From: Lactobacillus sp.
GTDB lineage: Bacteria; Bacillota; Bacilli; Lactobacillales; Lactobacillaceae
NCBI RefSeq assembly: GCF_051873315.1
Contig: NZ_JBJEES010000161.1
Span: 1,019 to 65,018 of the forward strand
Length of the DNA stretch: 64,000 nt
Reading direction: 5' to 3'
The translations under genes were made by a program, and so were the position numbers. The notes under the pieces were generated by a model that was not told where the DNA came from, made no database searches, and saw only the letters and a program-made list of their open reading frames with translations. This document shows, piece after piece, positions 27,069-34,920 of this stretch; the stretch's first letter is position 1, and every line of letters starts with the position of its first letter.

Positions 27069-28136
27069 ATGAAATTAGTTGAACTGCACACCAAAGCCGA
27101 CCAATTATCTGGCAGCTACTATCTGGGCTACCTGGTCTACCAAAGTGCTGACGCGGCCGCCCTCATCAGCCTGGACGACGACGCTAATGCCGGCGGGGTC
27201 TTAGTCATCAACAATCAGGACATCCTGGCCAGCGTCGACGAATCCCCCAGCCTGGCCTACTGCCAGCGCCTTATCGATGAAGGCAAGTCGACCGACCCCT
27301 TCTCCCTCATGCCCCTCAACCAGGAGCTTTTAAAAACGCCATTGACCAGTCTTGGCGCGGCCAGCGAAGACGCCATGGAGAAGGCCCTGGTCGTCAATAT
27401 CACTTTGACCAGCGGGGTCGTCTACACCGGCATTATTGTCCGCACTAGCCCTAAAGAAGTCCAGCTCAAGCAGATCGGCGACGACTATGAACTGGACCCT
27501 CTCCGCTTGATCGTGCCCCTGGCCGACATCTCCAGCCTGGAATTAAACGCCCCTTTAAACAAGCTCTGGAAAAAGTACCAGCCGGTCAAGGACCAGTTTG
27601 CCGGCAAGAATCCCTACGGCCTGGTTGAACTTTACCTGGACTGGCTGGATGACGCCCGCTTTGGCAGCTGCATCTTGGGCCGGGTTATTGACCAAAGTGA
27701 CCAGTATCTCCTTTTTGAAAGCTTGAACGACTACGGGCAACTGGAATCCATCTGCTTGATCAACAGAGAAGACGTGGTGCATGAGACAGTCAATTCCGCC
27801 GCCATCGACTTCTCCAGCTTCCTGGTGGCCTATAACCAGCAAATGGAAATTTTTGACCCAGGCCACTTGAGCAAACTGGCTCAGTCCTTAGACCATGTCC
27901 CGACCGCCCGGGAAGTGATTGAAAAAGCCGGCAAGCAATTGGTCAGCGTTGACGACTACGAATTAGCCGGGGAAAACCTGGGCTACGTAACAGCGGTAGA
28001 TGAAGAAGGCTTCACCATTGAGGATCCGGAAAGCGGGCAGGAAGTCAGCCACCTTTTTGAAAATGTCTGCTCTTTGGATTTAGCCAGCACCGAGCTGGAA
28101 AAAATGCGGGAATTCCTGGCTGCCCAAAACCAGTAG
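27069..28136 (+). CDS. Acidic cytoplasmic protein of unknown function with four internal repeats
   Basis: 355 aa with no TM segment and no signal peptide. The motif G-x-[IVL]-x(6-10)-hydrophobic ... D-[IV]-x-x-[LV] recurs four times (see findings). Confidence 0.55.
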   Translation: MKLVELHTKADQLSGSYYLGYLVYQSADAAALISLDDDANAGGVLVINNQDILASVDESPSLAYCQRLIDEGKSTDPFSLMPLNQELLKTPLTSLGAASEDAMEKALVVNITLTSGVVYTGIIVRTSPKEVQLKQIGDDYELDPLRLIVPLADISSLELNAPLNKLWKKYQPVKDQFAGKNPYGLVELYLDWLDDARFGSCILGRVIDQSDQYLLFESLNDYGQLESICLINREDVVHETVNSAAIDFSSFLVAYNQQMEIFDPGHLSKLAQSLDHVPTAREVIEKAGKQLVSVDDYELAGENLGYVTAVDEEGFTIEDPESGQEVSHLFENVCSLDLASTELEKMREFLAAQNQ

Positions 28137-28205
28137 GCAAATAAGTAATATAATAGATAAAAGCATATACTGAACTAGAGTAGTTATAGTTAGGAGATTT
28201 TTTCA

Positions 28206-29120
28206 ATGAAACAAGGAACGACGATTTTGACTTTGGACAACGGCTACCACCTTTGGACCAACACCCAAGGGACAGGCGACATCCACCTGCTCTGCCTGCA
28301 CGGGGGCCCGGGCGGCAACCACGAATACTGGGAAGACACGGCTGAACAATTAAAGAAGCAGGGCTTGAATGTCCAGGTCCACATGTATGACCAGCTGGGC
28401 TCTTTGTATTCTGACCAGCCAGACTACAGCGACCCGAAGATCGCGGACAAGTACTTGACTTACGAATACTTCCTGGACGAAGTTGAAGAAGTCCGGCAAA
28501 AGCTGGGCATCGACAACTTCTACTTGATCGGGCAAAGCTGGGGCGGCCTTTTGGTCCAGGAATATGCCGTTAAGTACGGTGACCACTTGAAGGGGGCCAT
28601 CATCTCCTCCATGGTTGACGACATTGACGAATACGTGGCCGCGGTCAACCGCCGCCGGCAAGAAGTCCTCCCGCAGACCGAAATCGACTTCATGCACGAA
28701 TGCGAAGCCAAAAACGACTATGCCAACCAGCGCTACCAAGATGACGTGCAGATTTTGAACATCAACTTCGTTGACCGCAAGCAGCCTTCCAAGCTCTACC
28801 ACCTGGGCGATTTGGGCGGCACGGCTGTCTACAACGCCTTCCAGGGCGACAACGAATTCGTCATCACCGGCAAGCTGAAGGACTGGCACTTCAGAAGCCA
28901 GCTGCCAAAGATCAAGGTGCCAACCCTGCTGACTTTTGGCGAAGTGGAAACCATGCCCCTGGAAACGGCCAGAACCATGCAGAAGCTGATTCCTAACTCC
29001 CGCCTGGTGACTACTCCTAATGGCGGTCACCACCACATGGTCGACAACCCGGATGTCTACTACAAGCACCTGGCTGACTTCATCAAGGAAGTTGAAGCTG
29101 GCACTTTCCAAGGCGAATAA
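28206..29120 (+). CDS. S33 family prolyl aminopeptidase paralog (prolinase PepR / PepL type)
   Basis: LHGGPGGNHEYW, nucleophile GQSWGG, C-terminal NGGHHHM. Confidence 0.85.
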   Translation: MKQGTTILTLDNGYHLWTNTQGTGDIHLLCLHGGPGGNHEYWEDTAEQLKKQGLNVQVHMYDQLGSLYSDQPDYSDPKIADKYLTYEYFLDEVEEVRQKLGIDNFYLIGQSWGGLLVQEYAVKYGDHLKGAIISSMVDDIDEYVAAVNRRRQEVLPQTEIDFMHECEAKNDYANQRYQDDVQILNINFVDRKQPSKLYHLGDLGGTAVYNAFQGDNEFVITGKLKDWHFRSQLPKIKVPTLLTFGEVETMPLETARTMQKLIPNSRLVTTPNGGHHHMVDNPDVYYKHLADFIKEVEAGTFQGE

Positions 29121-29132
29121 GCAGCGATTTGT

Positions 29133-29158
29133 AAAGTCCCCTAAGGGGGCTTTTTTTG
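29133..29158 (+). terminator. Rho-independent terminator
   Basis: aaagtcccc-taa-gggggcttttttt. Confidence 0.55.
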
Positions 29159-29278
29159 TAAAAGAAATCTTAACCTTTGGTAAAAGATACAAGTTGGAAA
29201 AGGCTTCTGCCTTTAGCTTTTAGCCATTTTCAAGTAAAATAGGCTAAGACTAATCATAAGCATTTAGGAGGCAAAAAT

Positions 29279-30118
29279 TTGACAATCGGTAAAGAACTAC
29301 AGAAACAGCGCCGTGCCAAGCAGCTCAGCCTGGAAGCCGTTAGTCAAACCCTGCGGGTCGACCAGGCGACTCTGCAAAAGATTGAAGCCGATGATTTTCA
29401 AGGCTTAAACCCAGTCCTGGTCAGAAGCTGCATCCGGCAATACGCCAGCCTGCTGGGCCTGGACGGGGCAAAGCTCTTAGACCAGTTCACTGAACCTGCC
29501 GTTGCCGGCAAGGACATCCCTGCTGCTAGCGCCCAAGCCGCTAAACCGGCTAGCCCAGTTAAAGAAAAGGTCACTGAAGTCCGGGCCACTAACCCGGCTC
29601 CGGTTAAAGAGGCCAGCCCAGCTGGCAAGGCCAAGGAAATTTTGGACAAGAGCAAGGTGCCGCATGGCTTCAAGGCAATTTTTAAATTCTTTGACGCCAT
29701 CAACTTAGACAAGCTCTTGAAGATCGGGATCTGGGTCATCTTGGGCCTGGCCGTGGTCGGGTCCGTAGCCGGCGGCTTCGGTGCCCTGGCTTCTAAAGCC
29801 ACCAGCACTACCCGCTCATCCAGCTCTTCCAGTTCCTCGTCATCATCTTCTTCATCATCTAAGCCGGAGCAAGATAATTCCGCTAAGCCTGATGAAAACA
29901 AGCCGAGCCAGGATGACCGGCAGAGCCAACCGAGCCAAAGCCAAAGTGAAGAGAAGCAGGCAAGTTCTTCCAGCCAAGAGCAGAGCCAGGCCAGCTCTTC
30001 AAGTTCTGCCAGTTCCTCTAGTTCCGCGGCCAGCTCCTCTAGCCAAGAGCAGAGCAGCCAGGCAGCTTCCTCTAGCAGCCAGTCAAGCACTGACACGACG
30101 ACTGATACAAACGAATAA
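29279..30118 (+). CDS. RodZ-like HTH membrane protein with a Ser/Gln/Glu-rich extracellular tail
   Basis: TTG start with AGGAGG 8 nt upstream. N-terminal HTH (LSLEAVSQTLRVDQATLQKIE), one TM (IGIWVILGLAVVGSVAGGFGAL), then about 100 aa of low complexity including a run of 14 Ser. Confidence 0.6.
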   Translation: MTIGKELQKQRRAKQLSLEAVSQTLRVDQATLQKIEADDFQGLNPVLVRSCIRQYASLLGLDGAKLLDQFTEPAVAGKDIPAASAQAAKPASPVKEKVTEVRATNPAPVKEASPAGKAKEILDKSKVPHGFKAIFKFFDAINLDKLLKIGIWVILGLAVVGSVAGGFGALASKATSTTRSSSSSSSSSSSSSSSKPEQDNSAKPDENKPSQDDRQSQPSQSQSEEKQASSSSQEQSQASSSSSASSSSSAASSSSQEQSSQAASSSSQSSTDTTTDTNE

Positions 30119-30157
30119 AGTGCATGCAAAAAGCGCCCGAGCAATCGAGCGCTTTTC
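30113..30157 (+). repeat. 45-bp terminator-containing repeat element, copy A
   Basis: gaataaagtgcatgcaaaaagcgcccga-gcaa-tcgagcgcttttc. Its reverse complement matches 32375-32419 at 42 of 45 positions. Confidence 0.85.
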
Positions 30158-30177
30158 GTTTACTGTTATTTTTGACC

Positions 30178-30735
30178 TTAAGCCCGGCCCTTGTAAGTCC
30201 CTTCCAGGGTGTTGATGACCAGTTCGTCGCCTTCGTTGATGAAGTCTGGCACAGTGACAACCAGGCCAGTTTCCATCGTAGCTGGCTTGCCGCCGGAAGC
30301 AGCGGTTGCCCCCTTGATGCCTGGCTGGGTTTCGACAACCTTCATGTTGACAGTTGATGGCAATTGTACTGCCAAAAGTTCCCCGTCTTCAGTGAATTCC
30401 AGGATGACTTCGATGTTTGGCATCAAGTATTTGACGTCGTCACCCAGTTGGTCGCCGGAAATAGCGTATTGTTCGTAGGTTTCCGTGTCCATGAAGTTGT
30501 AGCCGTCGCCTTCAGCGTACAGGTATTGGGCGTTCTTCTTGACGACTTCGACCAGCTCGATCTTTTCACTTGGCCGCATGGTCTTGTGGATCACGCTGCC
30601 GGCCCGGACGTCACGCAGGTCCATCTGCATAACGGTGTTGCCCTTGCCTGGCTTGTGGTGGTTGGCCGCCATAACCAGCATCAGCTTGCCGCCATCGTCA
30701 AAAATCATGCCTTTTTTCAATTCGATTGCTTGCAT
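30178..30735 (-). CDS. efp: Elongation factor P
   Basis: 185 aa with HHKPGKGNTVMQMDLRDVRAG and the overall EF-P pattern. Confidence 0.97.
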   Translation of the reverse strand: MQAIELKKGMIFDDGGKLMLVMAANHHKPGKGNTVMQMDLRDVRAGSVIHKTMRPSEKIELVEVVKKNAQYLYAEGDGYNFMDTETYEQYAISGDQLGDDVKYLMPNIEVILEFTEDGELLAVQLPSTVNMKVVETQPGIKGATAASGGKPATMETGLVVTVPDFINEGDELVINTLEGTYKGRA

Positions 30736-30788
30736 AAAAAAATCTCCCTAATAAATTTTTTATCACCGTTCTCCATTATACCATTGAC

Positions 30789-31703
30789 TTAAAAGCCGCG
30801 AAGGTAAATTTTGTCAATCAAGTGCCCCTCAACCTTATGCAGGATCAAGTTGGCCCGCTCCTTGGTCGGGGCGATGTACTGGCGGAGGTTGACCAGGTTG
30901 ACCATCTGCCAGGTTTCTTCCGCCAGGCGCAGGGCCTCGTCTTCCGGGCCATTAGCCAGCTTGTAGTAGAAGTTGCTTGGGTCGTTCTTCTTCATTTTCA
31001 TGATCTTCTTGAAGCGCTGCATATACCACTTTTCAATCAAGTCTTCTTCAGCATCGATATAAATTGAAAAGTCGAAAAAGTCGCTGGTCACCAGCTGCCC
31101 GCTTTCCGGCAGCTGCAGGGTGTTGATCCCTTCAATGATCAAGATATCGGGCTTTTCCACATGGCCGTAGCGGCCTGGGACGATGTCGCTTAATTCCTGG
31201 GAATACAGGGGATAAACGACGTCATTTTTCCCGCTGACCACGTCCTGAAGGAAGTCTCTGAGCATCTGCATGTTGTAGCTTTCCGGGAAACCCTTCCTGG
31301 GCATCAGCTTCCGCTTCTCCAGCTCCTGGTTAGGGTAGATGAAACCGTCAGTGGTCATCATCTGGGTCTTTAAGTCCGGGTAATACCGGGTTAAAAGCAG
31401 CTGCAAAAGGCGGGCAGTCGTGGACTTGCCCACGGCAACTGAGCCGGAAATGCCGATGATAAAAGGCAGATTTTTTCCTGGCAGGCGTAAAAAGGCCGCC
31501 TTCTTGGCCGCCGTCTCCCGCTTGGCCTGGTAGGCCAGGTGGATGTAGTTCAGCAGGGTCTGGTAGATTTCATCGACGTCCTTGACGTCCAGCTGGTCGC
31601 CCAAAGACTTGACCTTGGCCAGCTCTTCATTGGTCACCGCCAGCTCGGTCTGGGGGGTTAAAGCTGCCCAGGCCTGCCGGCTGAATTCGGTATAGTTTCG
31701 CAT
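30789..31703 (-). CDS. coaA: Type I pantothenate kinase
   Basis: P-loop GISGSVAVGKSTTARLLQ and the length and pattern of CoaA. Confidence 0.92.
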   Translation of the reverse strand: MRNYTEFSRQAWAALTPQTELAVTNEELAKVKSLGDQLDVKDVDEIYQTLLNYIHLAYQAKRETAAKKAAFLRLPGKNLPFIIGISGSVAVGKSTTARLLQLLLTRYYPDLKTQMMTTDGFIYPNQELEKRKLMPRKGFPESYNMQMLRDFLQDVVSGKNDVVYPLYSQELSDIVPGRYGHVEKPDILIIEGINTLQLPESGQLVTSDFFDFSIYIDAEEDLIEKWYMQRFKKIMKMKKNDPSNFYYKLANGPEDEALRLAEETWQMVNLVNLRQYIAPTKERANLILHKVEGHLIDKIYLRGF

Positions 31704-31804
31704 CTTTTTACTTGTCCTTTTCTCATTCTTTATCTATTATAGTAGAAAAAGCAGGAGAAACTGGCAAATGCCAGCTTCATTTTTCGAAGAAATGGGTGAA
31801 ACAG

Positions 31805-32374
31805 ATGAAGAAAGTCGTGCTTTTTGGCGATTCAATTTTTAACGCGTATGACGGGCAAAAGGATACCGACCGTTTGACCAAGGCCTTGGCCAAGCGGCTG
31901 GGAGACGCTTACGAGGTTGTGAACATCTCGGTCAGCGGTGCATGCGCCCAGGACGTCCTGCCCAGAGTCGGCAGTCTGCCTGCCTGCGACATTTTGGTCG
32001 TAGAGTACGGGACCAACGATGCCGCCAGCTGGGGCTGCAGTGCCTATGACTACCAGGAAGGGCTGGAAAGCTTGATCAAGCAGGCTCAGAAGGTGACTGA
32101 GGCCAGCGATACCCTGGTTCTGGCTCCGTCCATGCCGGACTTGACAAATCCGGAAATAGCCGCGGCCTACGACTTGGAAAAGCTGGACGAGTACGTCGAC
32201 ATCGCGCAAAGAGACGCCGGCAAGACCAACTCCTTCTTCTTTGACTTGACCCACAAGATGGAAAAGCTGAAGGACCTGCCTTCCTTCATGATTGCAGACG
32301 GCCTCCACTACAGCGAAAAAGGTATCTCCTGGCTGGCCGATGTCCTGGCTGACCAGATTAACAAGATGGCATAG
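31805..32374 (+). CDS. SGNH/GDSL family hydrolase
   Basis: Start at MKKVVLFGDSIFNAY (GDS block I), GTND block and DGLHYS block V. The 31 upstream ORF-track codons are rejected. Confidence 0.75.
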   Translation: MKKVVLFGDSIFNAYDGQKDTDRLTKALAKRLGDAYEVVNISVSGACAQDVLPRVGSLPACDILVVEYGTNDAASWGCSAYDYQEGLESLIKQAQKVTEASDTLVLAPSMPDLTNPEIAAAYDLEKLDEYVDIAQRDAGKTNSFFFDLTHKMEKLKDLPSFMIADGLHYSEKGISWLADVLADQINKMA

Positions 32375-32419
32375 GAAAAGCGCTCGAGTAATCGGGCGCT
32401 TTTTGCATGCACTTTATTC
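32375..32419 (-). repeat. 45-bp terminator-containing repeat element, copy B (inverted relative to copy A)
   Basis: gaaaagcgctcga-gtaa-tcgggcgctttttgcatgcactttattc. All 3 mismatches to the reverse complement of copy A fall in or next to the tetraloop. Confidence 0.85.
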
Positions 32420-32428
32420 TATTTCGCT

Positions 32429-33259
32429 CTATTCAACCTTGCCCAAGTAATCCGACTTTTGGCCAAACCACTTTTGGTTGATCTTGGTCAAAGTCCCGTC
32501 GGCCTGTAAGTCAGCCAAGGCCTGGTTGATCTTCTTCTTCAAGGTCTTGTCGCCCTTCCGCATCCCTACAGCAAACAAATCTTCTGGCACCTCTTTGTTC
32601 AAGATTACCTGGTAAGACTTTGAGTCTGCCTCATGCTGAATGTAGTATTCCGCGTAGGTTTCATCCAGCAGGATCCCCTTGATTCTGCCGGCGTTGAGGT
32701 CCAGGAAAGCCGACGGAATGGTGTCATAGAGGACCTTGCTCTTTGGTTTTAAAACCTTTTGGCTGCCATCCAGCCAGATCTGGGCGGTTGACCCGCTCTG
32801 AGCGCCGATCGCCTGCCCCTTCATCTGGGCAAAAGACTTGATCCCGCTGGACTTCTTCACGACCAAAACCTGCCGGTTTCTGAGGTAGCTGCGGCTGAAG
32901 GCGACTTTTTTCTTCCGCTGGCTGGTCACGCTGTAGCCGTTCCAGAGGACATCAATCGTCCCGTTCCTCAGCTCCGTTTCCTTCATGGACCAGTCGATAG
33001 TCTGAAAGTCCGCCTTAAGGCCCAGCTTCTTGCACACGGCCTTGGCCAGGTCAACGTCGTAGCCGACCAGCTGCCCGTCTTTTTGCCGGAAGTCCATGGG
33101 CACAAAGGTGTCGTCCAAGCCGATCACCAGGCTGCCCCGCTTTTTAATCTTGGCCCAGGTGTCTTTTTGGTTGGCTTCTTTAGTTAAATTGCTGCAGGCG
33201 CTTGTCAAAAAGCAAGACAAGACCAGGCCCAGCAGCAGGATTTTCTTAAACCACTTCAT
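32429..33259 (-). CDS. Polar amino-acid ABC transporter substrate-binding lipoprotein
   Basis: Start at MKWFKKILLLGLVLSCFLTSAC (lipobox). SBP family 3 pattern GLDDTFVPMDF...VGYDVDLAKA. Confidence 0.85.
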   Translation of the reverse strand: MKWFKKILLLGLVLSCFLTSACSNLTKEANQKDTWAKIKKRGSLVIGLDDTFVPMDFRQKDGQLVGYDVDLAKAVCKKLGLKADFQTIDWSMKETELRNGTIDVLWNGYSVTSQRKKKVAFSRSYLRNRQVLVVKKSSGIKSFAQMKGQAIGAQSGSTAQIWLDGSQKVLKPKSKVLYDTIPSAFLDLNAGRIKGILLDETYAEYYIQHEADSKSYQVILNKEVPEDLFAVGMRKGDKTLKKKINQALADLQADGTLTKINQKWFGQKSDYLGKVE

Positions 33260-33269
33260 CTGCCCCTCA

Positions 33270-33902
33270 CTACCCTTCCAGCGGCTTAACTTCCAGGACT
33301 TGGTCGGCCACCTTTTTGGCAAAGTCCATGTCGTGGGTGATGATCAATTGGGTCAAGCCCGATTCCTTCAAGCTCAAGATGAGGTCAGCCACCTGGTCAC
33401 GCAAGGCCGGGTCCAGGGCACTGGTCGGTTCATCGTAGCAGAGCATCTTCGGCTGCATGGCCAAAGCCCGGGCGATGGCTACCCGCTGCTTTTGCCCGCC
33501 GGAAAGCTGGTAAGGGTAAAGGCCGCCCTTGTCAGCCATCTGCAGCTTCTCCAAAAGCTCCCTGGCCTTAGTTTCCGCTGTCGCCTTGTCTTCTTTTAAA
33601 GCCAACTGGGGAGCCAAAGTAATGTTTTCCAAAACTGACATGTTGGGAAAAAGGTTGAAGTCCTGGAAGACCACGCCCACGGCGCCTCGCTCTTCTCCGC
33701 TGAGGTCATACTTTTCCCCGTCCAGGCTCATGGTGCCCGCGTCAGCTGTTTCAAGACCCGCCACGATTCTGAGAAGCGTTGTCTTCCCGGCCCCGGAAGG
33801 ACCAACCACCGTGAGGATTTCCCCGTCCTTAAGGCTGAAGTTCATATTTTTTAAAATCTGCCGGTTGCCAAAAGACTTGGCTAAATTTTTTACTTCAAGC
33901 AT
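33270..33902 (-). CDS. Polar amino-acid ABC transporter ATP-binding protein (GlnQ type)
   Basis: Walker A GPSGAGKTT, signature LSGGQKQRVAIARAL, Walker B MLCYDEPTSALD. Confidence 0.92.
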   Translation of the reverse strand: MLEVKNLAKSFGNRQILKNMNFSLKDGEILTVVGPSGAGKTTLLRIVAGLETADAGTMSLDGEKYDLSGEERGAVGVVFQDFNLFPNMSVLENITLAPQLALKEDKATAETKARELLEKLQMADKGGLYPYQLSGGQKQRVAIARALAMQPKMLCYDEPTSALDPALRDQVADLILSLKESGLTQLIITHDMDFAKKVADQVLEVKPLEG

Positions 33903-33914
33903 CGTTCAGTCCTC

Positions 33915-34556
33915 CTATCTGTAGTATGAGTAGTGCTTTTCCAGCTGCCGCAAAAGCAAAGTGCACAGGCCAATCAAAAGCAGGTAGATCAAGGCCACCA
34001 GCACCAGCGGAAGTAAAGTCACGTCACGGGCCGTAGCCAGGTTGCCAGCTCTGAGCAGGTCGCCCAAACCGATCACATAGACCAGGGAGGAGTCCTTGAC
34101 CAGGTTGATTACTTCGTTGCCGATTGAGGGCAGGACGATTTTTATTACCTGGGGAATAACGATTTTTCTAAGGGTCTGCCCGTAGGTCAATTGCAGGACC
34201 TTGGCTGCTTCAAACTGCCCCCGGTCGATGGCCTGGTTGCCGCCCCGGAAGATTTCAGCGAAGTAGGCCGTGTAGTTCAAGACGAAGGCAAACAAGGCCG
34301 CCGCGTACCGCGGGAAGGTCAAGCCGACGATCGGCAGGCCGTAGAAGACGAAGATCAGCTGCAGCAAAAGCGGCGTCCCCCGCATCAGCCAAACGTAGAA
34401 GTTAAGCAGCCACTTCAAGGGAGCAAAGCGGCTGCTTAAGCCGAAGGAGACCAGGATCCCCAAAGGCAGGGAGAAGATCAATGTTTCAAAAAAGATTTGC
34501 AAGGTCATCCCCGCCCCGCTGAAAAGGGAGGGAAGTATTTCCATAACGTATTTCAT
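33915..34556 (-). CDS. Polar amino-acid ABC transporter permease (His/Glu/Gln/Arg/opine family)
   Basis: 213 aa with the EAA-like loop EAAKVLQLTYGQTLRKIVIPQ. Confidence 0.9.
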   Translation of the reverse strand: MKYVMEILPSLFSGAGMTLQIFFETLIFSLPLGILVSFGLSSRFAPLKWLLNFYVWLMRGTPLLLQLIFVFYGLPIVGLTFPRYAAALFAFVLNYTAYFAEIFRGGNQAIDRGQFEAAKVLQLTYGQTLRKIVIPQVIKIVLPSIGNEVINLVKDSSLVYVIGLGDLLRAGNLATARDVTLLPLVLVALIYLLLIGLCTLLLRQLEKHYSYYR

Positions 34557-34876
34557 TCGTTTTACCCGCTTCCTAGAAAAAAGAAAATAAAAAAGTCCTC
34601 CCGGCCCCGAAGGGCCAAGAGGACGCGTCAGCGTGATTCCACCTCGTGTTCACCGGTCCCTCGCGGCAACCGGCCTCACCAGCTTGAAGAAGCCTTCAAG
34701 CTGCAGCGGTAACGGGCTGACCCGGGAGGAGCTACTAAGCCTTCACCCCTCCTGCTCACAGACGTGTGTTCAGCTAGCCCTCGCTCCCCTTTCCACCGGC
34801 GGGAAGTCTCTATCTGTCCAGGCAGGCCTACTTCTTCTGTTCATCGCGTGAAATATAACCGACTCTTGGTCTGTTT
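34557..34876 (-). promoter_or_regulatory. T-box leader controlling the amino-acid ABC transporter operon
   Basis: The minus-strand RNA has GCGAUGA (K-turn), the helix ACAGA/UCUGU closing a specifier loop GAACACACG, and a distal GGUGGAAA. The T-box-like AGGUGGAAUCACG is followed by the terminator CCUCUUGGCCCUUCGGGGCCGGGAGGACUUUUUUAUUUU. Confidence 0.8.
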
Positions 34877-34882
34877 TTAGTA

Positions 34883-34911
34883 ATATTAAACTAATATTAA
34901 AAATTCGTCAA
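34883..34911 (-). promoter_or_regulatory. Putative sigma-A promoter for the T-box/ABC operon
   Basis: Minus strand reads TTGACG, 17 nt, TAATAT. Confidence 0.45.
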
Positions 34912-34920
34912 GCTTTTGCT

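Noticed and set aside
28350-29192. 280-aa ORF antisense to the prolyl peptidase paralog. Similar long antisense ORFs occur at 2720-3463, 29398-30144, 35959-36615 and 59755-60513.
   Set aside because: - All lie wholly inside genes with clear family motifs on the other strand.
- They have Val/Asp/Leu/Gln-heavy antisense-type composition.
- They lack ribosome-binding sites.
33260-33322. Upstream extension of the substrate-binding protein ORF, overlapping the ATPase gene by 53 nt.
   Set aside because: The lipoprotein signal peptide (MKWFKK...LTSAC) starts at 33259, which removes the overlap.
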